Source: Paraspadella gotoi | Taxonomy: Eukaryota > Animalia > Chaetognatha | Assembly (NCBI GenBank): GCA_051294375.1 | Contig: CM119271.1 | Coordinates: forward strand, 5,445,991 to 5,509,990 | DNA: 64,000 nt | Direction of reading: 5' to 3' | Shown here: piece after piece, positions 42,385 through 56,876 of the stretch | Position numbering within the stretch: position 1 is the first letter of the stretch | Layout: each line of letters opens with the position of its first letter | Translations under genes and position numbers: made by a program | Notes under the pieces: model-generated | Database searches by the model: none | What the model was told of the DNA's origin: nothing | Seen by the model: only the letters and a program-made list of their open reading frames with translations

Positions 42385-42910
42385 ATGATACCAGACAAGT
42401 GGACCGGAACTTTATCTTGTTTGGGTGGTCGGTTACTCACATTTCGGATCGAAACGATTTTCTGGCGTTTAGTTCGATTGAAATTCAATCAGATCATCGG
42501 TTCAATTCAATCGATAATCGGTTTTCGACCTCCTTACAATAAAAGAAGTTAATCGGTTAATCAATTATATTTTAGAGCCATTTGATGTAACAAATTGTCA
42601 ATTGCTAGTTAATTTTTAAATCTTAAGAAAAGTGAATTTAAGTTCTTTACTTATCAAAGAAACTTGTCTTATCGAATTTTTTTTTTTTAAAAATGAATTA
42701 CAAAAAAGGACGACATTCAGGTAAAGTTGTTCAGTTACTTCTAGAAGTTTGACTAATTCATAAGTAATTAATAATTCATCGATAAAAAAGATGCACAGAT
42801 GTAACCCCAGCCATCAAATATAAAAAAAAAAAAAAAAAAAAAATCCATGTCTTATCTGATTCTTCAATCTTCATAGAGACAAATGACTCCATTCACAATC
42901 CGTCAATCAG

Positions 42911-43964
42911 AACCTCCCGCCGATTTCCTCACAGACGGCGCCACCAACCGGCCGCAGAATCTAGATGACGTCGCCGGTCGACGACATCAGCCTGGAAACA
43001 ACGCCGACAGGAAAAAAGACGGAGGCGTTGGCGCCAATAGGAGACACAGCGCTCCGGAGAGATCCGCGGTAGACGATTCTCGATCGGCGGCGAGAACCGT
43101 CAAGGTTGACAAACGCGGGGCCGGCGCGCGCGGGGACGGACACGGCAACGTAAAATTCTCCGAAAATCGCGGGGTCCGTCCTCGGGTAAGAACCGGCGGC
43201 GCAGGTGGTGGCGACGTAGGCTTTGGAGGCGCCCGCCACCGAGGCAGCGAGGCCAGCGGCGTATCAGCCGCCGACGCAGCGGCCGTCGAAGAGGAAATTG
43301 GCGCGGATGACGTCAACAAAAGGTGGTCGCTCACAAAGTGGCAGCTGTTGAATGTGCAACGGGACAGGGTGTCGATTCCCATGCGGCCCAAACAGATTAT
43401 GGGTGATGAGAAGGTAGAATCTTGGGATGGGGGGGGGGAAGGCAGAGGGAAAATATTCTAGAATTTCTATCTCGGGCTTTGTGAAGCCAAAGTTGTGAAC
43501 AGTTTACAGAAAAAATTAGGCAATAAAAAAGTCATTGACTCTACAACTGATAAATAAAAGACGTCCGTCTTAAGCACATTTTTACGCCTGGCTTAAACCA
43601 GAATAGTTTTTTTAAAGTGAGCAGGTTTTTAGCTGTGGGCCTTTGACTGAAGGCATCTTATTCTTCTTTCTTCCTCCTCAACCCTTCATATCAGCCGCCT
43701 TCTCAGCCCAACCTTACGCCAGCCGTGAAACCTCGACCTTCAGATCACTTATCAATCCGGTCTTCAATTCGTCCTCTTGATGAACCTCCGCCACCCGTCG
43801 ATACTGTCACTATCGCCTCAACTGCGCATCCTCCTGACGAAGCTGATGGCGCCCCTGCTGCTGGCCCATCTGACGAACCTTCAAAGCCCAATGAGATTCC
43901 GGCTCGGCAGCCGTGCTACTTGATCACGTGCTTTTCATGGATTTACGGACGGAAAAAAAGCTAA
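42911..43964 (+). CDS. Uncharacterised low-complexity protein, exons 42911-43413 and 43695-43964 (5' exon not found)
   Basis: Open exon with AG acceptor and AAG|GTAGAAT donor, paralogous to 45566-46041. The following Pro-rich exon is in the correct phase and ends ...CYLITCFSWIYGRKKS*. Confidence 0.55.
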
Positions 43965-44490
43965 AAAAAAAAGCAAAAAAAATGTGAAAGCAGCTGGTTG
44001 TCATTTTTACACTGATGAAACCGACCGGATAGAAGATAATATGAGAAATGAATGTGTAATCTGCTGATTTTTTTAATTGTACCGCTCAATAAATCGATTA
44101 AAGTTATATGAAACATATAAAACACATAAAAATCCCTAAATAGCGAGCATTGTCCATTACATGAAAATTACAAAGTTTTTGATGAATTGCCAAAGAATAA
44201 CATATTTTTAATTTTTCTATTTAAGCAAAGTTCTTAGGTATTTTAATTATTATAAGTTATATTGCATGATATAATCTGTTCCTGAAGAGTTTCTCAATTT
44301 TCATTTGCCTCGCCCTCACTTAGTTTTTAAATTTTTGATTGTTTTGAATTTTAAATTAGTATTGAAAAGGGTTCATTAGAAAAATGTTAATATGTGATAC
44401 AAGCGAGGGTCATCTCTTTTCAGAGAAGATTAGAAATTTCTTTTAAGTAATGTAAGTTGTAAGAAATGCAAAAAAATTTCCAAGATATGG

Positions 44491-44705
44491 TGGACTAAAA
44501 TCCACCACAACCGTTTATCGGCGGCCATTGGTGCAGGAGGGCAAGTTATCCGCCTCCCAACCGAAGCTCCAGGGTTCTACCCCAGTGGTCGACTAGTAGT
44601 TTACAGGGAGGGTGCGCTTAACCCGCCTGTGACACGGTGTTGCAACCTGTCCGAAGCTCGGACTTATATTGCAATGGTTCTGTCACTAACTCATAACAAT
44701 TATTA
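44491..44705 (+). mobile_element. tRNA-derived SINE-like element
   Basis: Head 44521-44592 has A-box-like TGGTGCAGGAGG, B-box-like GGTTCTACCCC and a CTCCCAA loop; a second copy lies at 5095-5282. Confidence 0.6.
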
Positions 44706-45565
44706 CTTCAAAGATAACATTGAGTTTTAACAAAATAGGACAATTCTTTTTTTTTATTCTTCGCCGAGTCACCCAACAAGCAATATTTTTTTAGGGGGGT
44801 TAAAAGGCAATGACATGCGAATGACACGGAATGGTAGGCGAATGAGACAGAATGACAGAAAATGACAGGGAATGGTCGGGAATGACAAATTAGTTAAGCA
44901 TAAAATAAATTTTGCTGATTAATAACGATTCGTTTTATACTATCCTGAGGGCCTAAACCTAACTTAATCGTTATCCCTACCCTAATCCCTACTCCTATAT
45001 TGCTTACTCTTACCCTAATCCCTAACCCCCATAATTATCCCTAAACAATTAATCACCAACCTAAGACGCCGCACTGCAATTATTATTCAAATTGAAAATT
45101 TAAAGCTTTCTGCAAAATAAAGGTGATCTTGGGTATTTCTCCGTTGCCCTGACCGAGCATATAAAAACTTACAATGAAAAGATACTTTATTCATGCACTC
45201 GGTTTGAAGCGAAAGAGATTTGCTGCCCCTTCATACGGAAAAGGGGGCTTCGATGACCACGTTAGCAAAAATGTTTTTTTGCCGTAAAAAAAGGGAAGCT
45301 AACTTTTCGACTTTCTCAACAAAACTCATCTCATCGAGTTAAAAATAAAAATGAGTCATAAAAACTCAGGTAAAGACTAAAGTTGTCGTTGGCTTACATC
45401 CTTATTCTAAATTACTTTTTTGTTTGAATAATAATAATGAATATCAATTATTATTTTGTCCGCGGAAAATATTAAGTAACTCGAGATACCGCATACCATT
45501 ATCGCACCAATCACGACGATTACATTCCGAACCAAGCATTTCGATAAAAAAAAATTTCATTCCAG

Positions 45566-48500
45566 CAAGCACCTCCAAGCGGACACCGAATCTCGACGAC
45601 ATCGCCGGCAGGGTACCTCGTCATCACCATGGAAACGACGCGGACAGAGATTCGACGAGGAAAGATGGCGAGAAGGGAAACGAGGCCAATAGGAGGCACA
45701 GTGCCCCCATTGTAAGAGGCAAGAAAGGCGACTCGGCTATAGATTCTCATCGGTCTCGACCAGCCGGTGGCTCGCGGGGTGAAGGACGCGGCGCCGATAA
45801 AAACGCCGGCAGTTTGCGCCTGAAAAGACCCGCGGGCGCCGGCGACGCCACATTCGGGGTGGCCCGCCACCGCGGCAGCGAGGCCAGCGTCGTCTCTGCC
45901 GCTTTCGCCGCGGCAGAAGAGGCTGCGGTTGCCGAAGACGTCAACAAAAGGTGGTCGCTGAAAAAGTGGCAGCTGCTGAACGTGTTAAGGGACAGGGTGG
46001 CCATTCCTCTGGGGCCGAGGAAGATGACCGGTGATTTGAAGGTAGAATGGGGTGGGGGAATTTGGTAGGTATTATTTTTTTTTAAGTGGGCATGTATGTT
46101 AGTTTTATTATTATTACAGACGATTATCAAAACGATTATCCTAGATTAATAGAATATACCATTTAAGACAAAAATTTTGGTAATGTATATCAAACTCATG
46201 CATTTACCTTTAATTTTTAATCGTTTTCATGTTTTGGCTTGCAATCGTCATATTTTTGCTTTGTTCAATGGACGAAAAGTAATTAAATGTAGCGCAAAAT
46301 GTAGGATTGAGTTATTAAAATTTGAAATACTTTCATGTTTCTCAGGACGACAGTTTTGGGACTGAGTCCCTGACTCTGTCCGTCGAATCTTCGGTGGAAG
46401 ATGAAGAGGAGGAGGAGGAGGAGGAGGAGGAGGAAGAGGAGGAAGAGGAGGAAGAACCGGAGCCTGAACCAATTCCGATCCCCGTCCCGAGGCCGTCAGC
46501 GACGGCTTGGACCCAAACGACACCCAAAGCAGAAGTCCCTGAAGACGAAGTCGCCAAGCGGTTGGACAGAATCTTGCGCGCGGTTGAGGCCACAAAAGAT
46601 CGAGTCGACGACGTTGACGAGAGGGTGGCCAGGCTGGAGAAGATGGGCCTTGACAAAGCGGGCCAAAAGGTATAGGGTCAGACCATGGGGTGCGTTTGAA
46701 GGATAGCCGGTTGGATGGCGTTTTAACTGATAATATTTTTTGTTCATTTAATCAAAACGTTCTTTGTAACAAATTATCCATTCATTTAATAAATAAGCTA
46801 TACGATTAAAACTATGTGTCAAACAAACGTACGAACAAAAACGACACAAATCTAGACGACCGACTAATATTTCGCGACGGAAAATGACTATAATAGTATA
46901 AATAAAACGGTAGACAAAATCTAAAATGCTTTTCTCCGTTGTATCTGTTTATAAATTTATGATTCATTTAATAAAAATCCATGGTCTTCATTTCTTTTTG
47001 ACCCCTCCCCCCCTCTTGCAGCCGGCCTGCGACCGTCTCCCGCCCAAAATCAACCCCTTCGCTCTTCCACCCGGCTTCAATCTCCTACGTTTCTTGTTGC
47101 CTCGAGATCCTCTGGTGGCCTCAGATCCCGGAATCCGGCGCCGATACACTTCGCCGATGGAACCCGGGTCGGCGAAGATGGCGACGACGACGACGATTAC
47201 GGTGCTGACCGATGTGAGTTGGTCCTCCCTTCCGAATAGTGAACGATGAGCAACGATAAAGTGGTTTCTGCAGCTGCTGCTGCAGCTGCGGATACAGCGA
47301 TCAGCCTGAGTATCTACCCGTTTCAAAGTTTATTCAGTATCAAATGATTGGCGCCGGAAGTAATGGAAGAAGCTCTAAAGACATAACGATTCAAAAGTCT
47401 TGTGTTCGCGTAATCGAAGTTAATTTAAAAAAAAAAAATTGCCCGGGGAATAAGATTGAGAATTAGCGTAGGTAGCTCCCCAAGGTCTCCTCTACAGGAA
47501 AGGTTTCTTTTTGTTCCAAAAGTTATTTGAGACTTAGCGCCCGTCATCAGATTCGATTCGATCGTCAATCAATAGCTCTCATTCAATAGCTCCCTATCCG
47601 TGAACAAATGTCCCACAACGATAAAAAAAAAAATTTAAAAAAAAAAAAACGAAACCAGGACCGAGCTCCTTCGCTGGCCGAAGAGGATCGTCGAGTGTCG
47701 TCGACGTTGGAAGTCGAAGGCTCTCAGAGTCTGAGATCGAGGACGCTCTCTTTCAAGTCGGAGAGAAGTCGCAGATCGATGGAGGTGGGGTTTGTTGGCG
47801 CCATTAGAATTAACTTAATTATAAATTATTAATTATATTATATATTATTATACAATTAATTATTAAGGTCAAAAAAAAATTGGGAAAATTTTTTTAAAAG
47901 GGAATGGAAAACGTGGTTGTCGTTTCAACGGAATTAAAAAAAAACATGTTAGAATTTCGGTCACCAAAACCATATAATATATATTAATATATATATATAT
48001 TAATATTTATTAATATATATTTGACGTCAGGAAAATCTATACGGCGACAAAATCATGAGGGTAAAAAAGGGGAGAAACTAGAGGGAGAGAGGGAGAAAGG
48101 GAGAAAGGTGAACTGAATCTCGTGAACGCGGCCCCAAATCCCTGGGAGGAGAATGAAGAGGAGGTGAATTGGAAGGAGAGTGGTCATAGACCCGCGTCCG
48201 TCTATCTCCTTTTATTCCGTTAGTCATTTCAATAACCTACACTTGAATAGAAAATACTGAAAAAAAACAAAAAAAAACAATTAAAACTTTTTATCTTCGC
48301 CCCCCCCCCCACCCCGAAACCCTCGATTCCAGTCAAATCCACAGTTACCGCCTCAGATTAAAAATTCCCAACTCACCTCCGAAGTTCATCTGTCGAAGCC
48401 AATGACGATCAGCTTCAGAGATTTGCAAGTCGACGTCCGAGAAGAGGACGAGGTCGAGTCGATAGACGACGAGAACGACGACAACGACAACGAAATTAAA

Positions 48501-48697
48501 ATCAATGTCAACCTCGCGAAGAGAGTCACCGTTTTTGGTAACAGGTGAGGAAATACATGTTATTATTTAAAAAAAATATAAATATATTATTTTTTTCTGT
48601 AATGAATTTAAAAAAATACGAATTATTTCGTGTTTTTTTTTTGTTTTTTTTTATCATCAGTTCCGGCAGCGAAGAAAATTTTGATGACAACCAAAGG
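45566..48697 (+). CDS. Uncharacterised multi-exon protein (disordered, poly-Glu, short coiled coil)
   Basis: Phase-consistent exons 45566-46041, 46346-46669 (poly-E, ATAWTQT, EVAKRLDRILRAVEATKDRVDDVDERVARLEK), 47022-47213, 47659-47784, 48333-48544 and 48661-~48697, all with AG/GT boundaries. Start and stop were not located. Confidence 0.6.
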
Positions 48698-49652
48698 GTA
48701 AGGGATGTTGATTGTTGTCGTTATTAAACCTGTCATTGTTGTTGTTGATGATCTGAGATCGAGAATTTTAGCTATTTGTAAATAAAAATTAAATTTGAGG
48801 TCTTCCGCAATAGTTAATAGAAAAATATTATTAAATTTTAATAATTAGATATAAGAAATAAAATTGTAAAAAAAAATGAGAAAATTATTTTTTAAGGCAA
48901 CTAGGAGTCATGTGTGATGCCCGGGGTGTGAGGCATCTCCCGACAGCTGGTGCTCAGGGCTTTGGACCTTAAAGCCAACGGGTGATATGCCTCGTCAAGC
49001 TTGGCACCACAGGCTGCCCGGCTGTTGCCAAGAAACTCATCATAGATCAATATGTTCCTTACTAAATACTTTTTTTGTTTTATTGGTGTCAGGGTGAAAC
49101 GCACGTCACCTTTCTTTCTGATGATCAGAATTCAATCAATGAATGAAATGATCGCTTCTTCTCGAATTTATCTTTGTTTTATTCCATCAATTTTCAAAAG
49201 CAATGACTATATTGAGTGACATCATTTTGCCTGCAATAAAAGTGAAAAAAAATTCAATAAAAAAAGATAAAAACATAGCAAAACTCAGCAGGCTTTCAAT
49301 GAAGATTATTAATTGATTTCTAGTTTCCTTACCGATGTGGAATGGTTTAATATTTATTCTAGTGTTCCATTTGGATAAAATCAGCACCATCTATGTTTTA
49401 TTTCTTATAATAGAATATCATTTTTATTTAGACTAAACCTTAGCCTTTTCTTCTTCTTATTCTTTCCTCTCTTATCATTTTTTTTCCGAATCTGCCACGT
49501 GGTTGGCTCTCTGTGTGGGAGGGGGAGAGAGGTGTGTGTGAGGGACCGGTTATCCGTTTGATTGAAAATGGTAGTAAAAGCTCCGCTGAGTTGATTGGAA
49601 GAGGAAAAATATACAACGCCTTTTTAAAGGCTTTCAAGTCTGATTGGCGTTG

Positions 49653-49733
<81 letters not shown>

Positions 49734-49836
49734 TGTGTTAGACTGCGTCTTGACGATTTGTTTGTGAGTGAATAACTTAACCTCCTAAAAACTAGGAACT
49801 TAAACAAAGAGCGCTTATCGTCCGTTTGATTAAAAC

Positions 49837-49868
<32 letters not shown>

Positions 49869-50242
49869 TCCCAGACGTTTGATCCCCCAAAGTCCACTTT
49901 CTTCTCCCCCCCCCTTCCCCTCCCTTCCCCCCCTTCCTACCTCTTTCAAAATTCCTGACCTTTTCTTCGGTCGTTCCCCTCCGTTCCGTCTTCTCTATCT
50001 TCCGGATGTCAACCGATTCTCTTTACATTCCGGATGTAATAGACTCCCCAACTGGAGCTTTTTGCTCCTCTCATGCTGGCATTCCGCGTATGATAAAATG
50101 CGCGTCGTGCCGGAAGAAGAAGAAGAAGAAAAAGAAGTAGAAGAAGAGGAGCATAGTGGAGCGAAAGGAGCTGGGAGTAGCGGCTTTGCTCCAGCGATAC
50201 ACGGGTCGCCTTTTTTTCGCTACGCCACCATGTTCGTCGCAT

Positions 50243-50276
<34 letters not shown>

Positions 50277-50974
50277 CTTCCGCTCAATGTGATACATCCA
50301 TTCACCAATTTCCTTTATTTTTCGACGCATCATTTTTTCTTTTTTTAATTAAACATGAACGCACTCTTTGTCTGGTTTTTAACAGAATTTAAACTTTAAA
50401 AACTAACCAGACCACTTTAGTTTTTCCTAACAATAATCTGAACTCTCTCACGTACCTAGGAAATTAGTGTTCAGCGCTCACGAATAAGAAACGTAAATTT
50501 CAATGAGATGCGCGCGAGCATTTTTATATTATCATAAGCACGAAACTTATATACAACAAGCGTTCAGGTCTTAGCCAAGTATTACCTTAGTTATCAGCAC
50601 TTAAAACATAAGCGGGACGGCACAACGAACGGACAGACAGACGGATCAACCGACCGTCCCGCAAGTGTCTTATAAAGTACTCACGGGGCAAAACTGAAAA
50701 ACGGAAAAAAAAACCCGAGTTGTGAGAAGTCTCGGAAATGAATCAAGCGTAATTAGCTTTCGTGGATGTGGCTAAATAAACCAAAGGATCTCACCTTAAA
50801 AACCTTCCCGATTTCCTATGATTTATTACCAAAATTATTACCTAAATTTATTACCTAAGTTAATGAGAAGAAATACCGTTTTCTCTCGTTTTTGGGAGGT
50901 AATTCAATATACGAAAGTTCGACTGGAAAATATTGCGGGAGGCGGTGAGAGGACCCGAGGACTACGGAAGCGTA

Positions 50975-51094
<120 letters not shown>

Positions 51095-54000
51095 AAAGAA
51101 AAGCTAAGCGCGAGTGTTGAACCCGAAAATTATCGATTAGGTAATGACGCATTTTATAATTTTTTCATCAGCAGAAAAAAAAAAAGAACTTGCCAGGACC
51201 GAAGAGATTCTGTTTGTTTTTCTACTGGAATAAACAAATATTAAAAGAAACAAACAATCGTCATGTATCTTCACCTGGTCATCATTCCCTTCGCTCTTTG
51301 TATCTACTTGATGTAAATTCCGAGATATTTGGGCCGGAAATCCTCTCCCCCTTTCAAAATAAACTCGGCACCGGAAGTCGACCGCGCATCGAAACGACGA
51401 CGACGACGTCCCGCGAAAGGAGGCGCGGCCAGTGACGTCATCGTCTCTCTCTCTATCTTCTCTCTCTCTTTTTTTTCGCGTCTCGAGAGAACCGAAGTTG
51501 GTTTATGTCAAACAACGAATTGGGTGGACGTCGACGACGACAACGACGACGCCATTTTTGCGACGAAATTCGTCAAAAGTCAAAAGTAGCGAAATTTAAC
51601 CGTCAGGTGTCTCTCTGTGTCTCTCCTCGCATTCTCTGCATTCTCTGGGCGGAGCTCTCTATCTCACTATCGATCCGTCTCTGTCTCTCGTTCGTTTTTG
51701 CGGAGCTCTCTTTTCCTTTTCATTCGAGTTAATTCGGATCATCACTGCCTTACATGTTGCAATAATTGATGCAGTTTAAAAAAAAAAAAAAACACCGACC
51801 CCAAAAAAGAATAAATAACAACAAACGTTGAAATTAATGGAATTTTTAAAAACCGCTTGGGATTTATTCGTCAAAAATTACAACATCAAAAAAATCCGGT
51901 AAGTACATAAACGTGAGGGATAAAAAGTTGAATTTTTTTTTCTGAAAGACAAAACTTAGCCGAATATGAAATTCATTGAAATCCACTCGCCTTTGTTGAA
52001 CTTCATTTGTGTTGCGTTTTCGTACTGGTCTATTCTTCTTTCTTCGACAATTTTAAAGATAGAAAACGTAGTAATATGAATATACAAATATCTCAAGTCT
52101 ACTAATGACAAATCGGGGATTTAAGATTTAAAAAAAAAAATCAACATCGAACAAAAGCTGATTCACAAATGAACCAACGACACGGATTAACGGAGGTGTC
52201 GCCATGGCAACCACTTCCAACGCTCCCATCGTCCTTGCCTCGAACCAAACAATAGCCACCTCCACCCTTGTAGCTTTTCGATTTTTTCATTTTCAATTAC
52301 CCGATCGAATGCGTCCCTTTGCGCATGCGTCAGTTCAGAACCAAACGAGGGGACAACTGGTCTCTTTTCCTCTCCTTCCTTCGATGCCAGAAAAAAAAAG
52401 CTTGACGCTGACGCCGTGTCTTCTATCTATGGTGTGCCAATGTCTAGAGTATATTTTCCAATTTGTACTCATTAATTTCCAAGGGAAAACAACAAAATGA
52501 ATTTGAAATGAATGAATGAATGAATGAATGAATGAATGAATGAATGAATGAATGAATGAATGAATGAATGAATGAATGAAAAACGGCTTTTTCGGCTCTT
52601 TTATTGTCATTTGTTCTTGTTACTTAAATCTCTTAATTCCCCCATTCTCACGTATTATTTCTTCCAATATATTATATATATATTATATTATATTATATTA
52701 TATTATTAGTTTTCCCTTTTTCTCCTTGTTTCGCTTTTCTCTTTTCTATCGTATACTACGTCTCTCCTCATTTTTATTTTTCTGTTGTTGGTTTTTTTTT
52801 CATTTTCTTTCACCATATTACTTCAACCACTTCAACTTTCCTATTTCCCTACCCTTCTCCCTTCCCTCCCATCTTCTTCCTCCCTTCCCCCCCCTCCCGT
52901 CCTTTCGTCCTCTCTTTATTTGGGCTCAAAATAATCCAATACGGATTCGTTCATTTTCTGAGCTCAACGAAAAATCCTTTAGTCAATCGGTTTTATGACC
53001 ACTTCTCATTTATCTCGATATCATCGGAGATTACGATGCGTTTCTCTTTAATGCGGATCCTTCGTTATATTGAGATTGCGTTGTGTTTTTTAGTCGCGCC
53101 GCGAGTACTCGCGGAGCAACTCTATAAGTCACTTTTCGGTCGGTCGGTCGCTTGTTTGGTATATCTATTCGTTGGTCTGTCTCACGTTAAAAATACTTAT
53201 AACTTGGTCAATGCTTTATCATTTAAGTTCATATTTGGTATGAATGTAAAGAACCACTTTTATGTCATACTTGTAAAGTCACGAGATCACCTTAAAAATC
53301 TATCACATGAGTCATGACACAAAATTCGTTGCTCTTTTGTTATTTTGGCTGAGCGGGAAGTAACCTCAAATCTAAACGATCAAAGCGACACCTTTTGTTT
53401 TTAAAAATATATTGAAATGCTCGTAAAAAGAAAGTCACTGCGGCGCAACACACATTGGAATCTCCGTTCTTGTTTTCAGAGCCTTCGAGTTTCGTTAAAA
53501 ATACTTTTTTCTTAATATTAGAGTCGAGTTGTAGAATTGTCGGGAGAAAATCCGCTTTAAATATACTTTTAAAAAACGTATTTGATATCTAATGATATCG
53601 GAGGTCTCATAAGCTTTTGGGTTTCGCGAATGAAAGAATGAATATCTTTGTGAATTCACCACACCATCCCGAATAAAACCTGCTCCTTTTTTTCCTCTTA
53701 AAATTCACGTTCTACTCCAGTGACGAAACTTAACTTCCACCTTCCTCCCCCCTCTCTACCTCCCCTTAACCTTTTCATTCGCCCCCCCCTCTTACTCCTT
53801 TTTCTTCAAAGGGCGAGTAGGGCTCGAGACTTCATTCCGATTCGGAGTCTGACATTTAAGACTCCCGCTCTTCGTTCCCTTCTCCAGAGCCCCATGCCAT
53901 TTACTGCGTCGACCGAAGACGTTGTCGACCCTACCCTCGCAACCTATCACTTTGTGAATAGTCACTAACCTCATTAAACTTTCATTCGACGGCATAATTA

Positions 54001-55591
54001 TAAATCGGAAGGGTCAATGTAGTTAACTATGTGTTTTGGACTGATTTTTATGAATAAATCTTTAATGATGAATTTTTACTTTTTGCACAAATTCCAAATT
54101 TAGTTTTAATACTGATAATCGATAAATAAATCTTAGGTTTCCAGTCTTCATTTTAATTTTCTGCGTGCGACTGTAAATTTAAATTTAAAAATTTTGCTAT
54201 TTTAGTTCAACCCATATGGAAAATTACCCATTAATTGACTGAACAAGCTATCTTTACTTCTGACATTTAACTGGATTAAGATAATTTAGTAATACCATGT
54301 AAGTTAATATCTCATCAAGGCTTAATTACAACGGATCGTTTATGTGTTTAAGACACAATCAACACTATCAACACTATCACTCTATCGCAATCCCTCGTCC
54401 CACCTCTTATCTTAGCCTCAAACCGAAGTCGCGTGTACAGGCTTAAAAATGTCAAAGTGTTTTTTTGAAGGTGGTACGTTGACGGTTTTACTACTTCTTT
54501 TGTTTCCAACTTCAAAATGTAATGAACAATAGATACAAATATATATATATATATATAGATATATATAGATGCTCCCTCTATTTCCAGAAGACAACACTGA
54601 CTTCCCCTTCCCAAATTGAATTATTAGATAAATAAAACATTTTTAAGAAAGAAAGCAATATATATTTGATTAAATAATAAGATTAAATACTAAATCCTTC
54701 ATAAAATATAAAAATAGAAAATAGTGAAACAAGTAATTTGCAAATTTTCATATCATATTAAAATTTTATTCGTGACGTGATTTTCATTTGGTGGCCCAAC
54801 TTCCTTCACTTTTTTTTGCAAACTCGTTTTTGATTGTTCCGTAAAACTGAAAAAAGTGCATTTTTAAAACGTACTACCGTGACCTAAGAGTACCCTGTAC
54901 TTTAGCCAATTAATTCTTTGTCGTATTCAGAGAGATGAATAGAGAAGCCCCATGAGATTAACCGCGAGGAGAGAAAACGTTCAATTAAGCGGATTTAAAA
55001 ATTGGAATCGCGCAGTCGCCTTCCCTAACAACCGTCCTTAGCAACCAAGTGTTTGTAAACGTGGATTACTCGTTGATTCACAGAACGAATACTTGGACCT
55101 AAGTTTAAAAATCATTGGTGATATAGTTACGGTACTATGCTTTTAAAGAGAAATTACACAAGTCTCGGATTAATATTAAAATATACCAAGTGAAGAGACA
55201 GTAATTATTGATGAGTGTTAATGACAGAGCCGTTCAATGTAAGCGTCATTTTTTATCGCAATTTCAACTTTTTTTTTTCTTTCTCCCTGTATTTTCCCGC
55301 CTTGCCTTTCGTGGGAATTTTACTTTCTTCGCCCCCAGTCTTCTTCATCCTTACCTTCTTCCATTTTTTTAGTCGTTTCATTTCTTTTCTTTTTTTTTTT
55401 CTTTTCCTTCGCCTTTCTACTTTCCTTTCCTTTCTCCTTTCTCCTTTCCTTTCTCCTTTTCTTTCCAGAAGATTGAAATTCCATATTGTAAATCCTTTTG
55501 AATACTTGGGTAAACACGGTTTCTGGCGAGAGACCCTAGAAAAAATATCTCGTCCCGCAATCTCTCTCTCTCTCTCTCTCCTCTTCTCTCT

Positions 55592-55663
<72 letters not shown>

Positions 55664-56384
55664 TTCCGTTTATAGAGCGATATTTCTTCCCGGTGGTTTC
55701 CTGTCCTTTTTACGCAAATCGATCAATATTGAATATATAATAACTGAGAATCAATTTAATTTTGTTATAATTGGCCTTGAATTTGGAAATAATATTTGGT
55801 ATGTGATTCAGAAAACTCTCCTTTCTATCTATTTACAACTTTTAGTGTTAATAATTTATTAAAAGAGAAGAGTCAAAAGGCCCAGCTTATCAATTTGGGA
55901 GATTTGTGGAGTCATCATGAAGCAGTTTAACATGGTCGACAGGAATCGAGATAGGAATGTCCATGGAAAAAGACGGCGATGACGACGACGACGATGGGGA
56001 CAAAAACTCCGAGGACGAGAACGATTGACCAGTTTATCCCTGAACTACTAGTTTTGCTAACGGGTTTTTTTTCCTTTCTAGTTTTGCAGAGTCAAAGTGC
56101 GAATAATTCAAAGTTGTTTTAACAGTATTTTTCATTAAGCAATTGTTTAAAAAATTTTCCACCGGAAACTTTTTTTATTTTTATTTTATTTTGGTCGTAA
56201 AATTCTTCTCTTCATCTCATCTTTAACTGATTTTAGTTTTTTATCTTTTTTATTTTTCTATCTTTTCACCAACTCCTCCCATTGTCATTCTAGTTTTGAT
56301 GCCAAGGTTTCCAAAGTCAATTGATTTTCTCCCGAAAATTCTTTAGCAATAAAAACCAAGAGCAGAATTGCAGATTCCCTTGCT

Positions 56385-56420
<36 letters not shown>

Positions 56421-56430
56421 CTCTCCTCTT

Positions 56431-56482
<52 letters not shown>

Positions 56483-56876
56483 CATAACATTTATAATTGA
56501 AACAACTAAATGAAATTATTTTCTCTTCGAGAAAATAGAATGTCACCGATTTACGATGCGTTTTATTATATTGTTGGAAAAATATTTAACCAAATATGTA
56601 ACATATTTAAAAAGAAAACAAAAATTAGCTAATTTTTTTTTCGTGATGCCGTGGGTTTTCATCTAATTTTTTCAATTATACTTATTTTTCGATAGCTAAA
56701 TTCGCTAAATTATCTAAATTTGCTAAAAAATGCTAATTCATGCATTTTCCCAGCTTCGGCTCTGACGACGCTTAGAAATTCGTCGACGAAAGACCTCTCA
56801 CGCCGCATTTCACAAAGACTCTTTGGCCTCCATCCACCTTAACTCCACTCCCATCTACCCCGCCACCACCTCCACC

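Noticed and set aside
44012-44050. Other CTGAnGA hammerhead-like cores (44012, 56762, 60114)
   Set aside because: No paired stem II with GAAA and no closing stems.
44960-45065. Interstitial telomere (CCCTAA-like)
   Set aside because: Short and degenerate; such tracts are common inside non-autonomous transposons.
42987-46130. Minus-strand ORFs sharing DHLLLTSS and LASLPRWRA
   Set aside because: Antisense of the plus-strand exons, which are longer and have matching splice sites.
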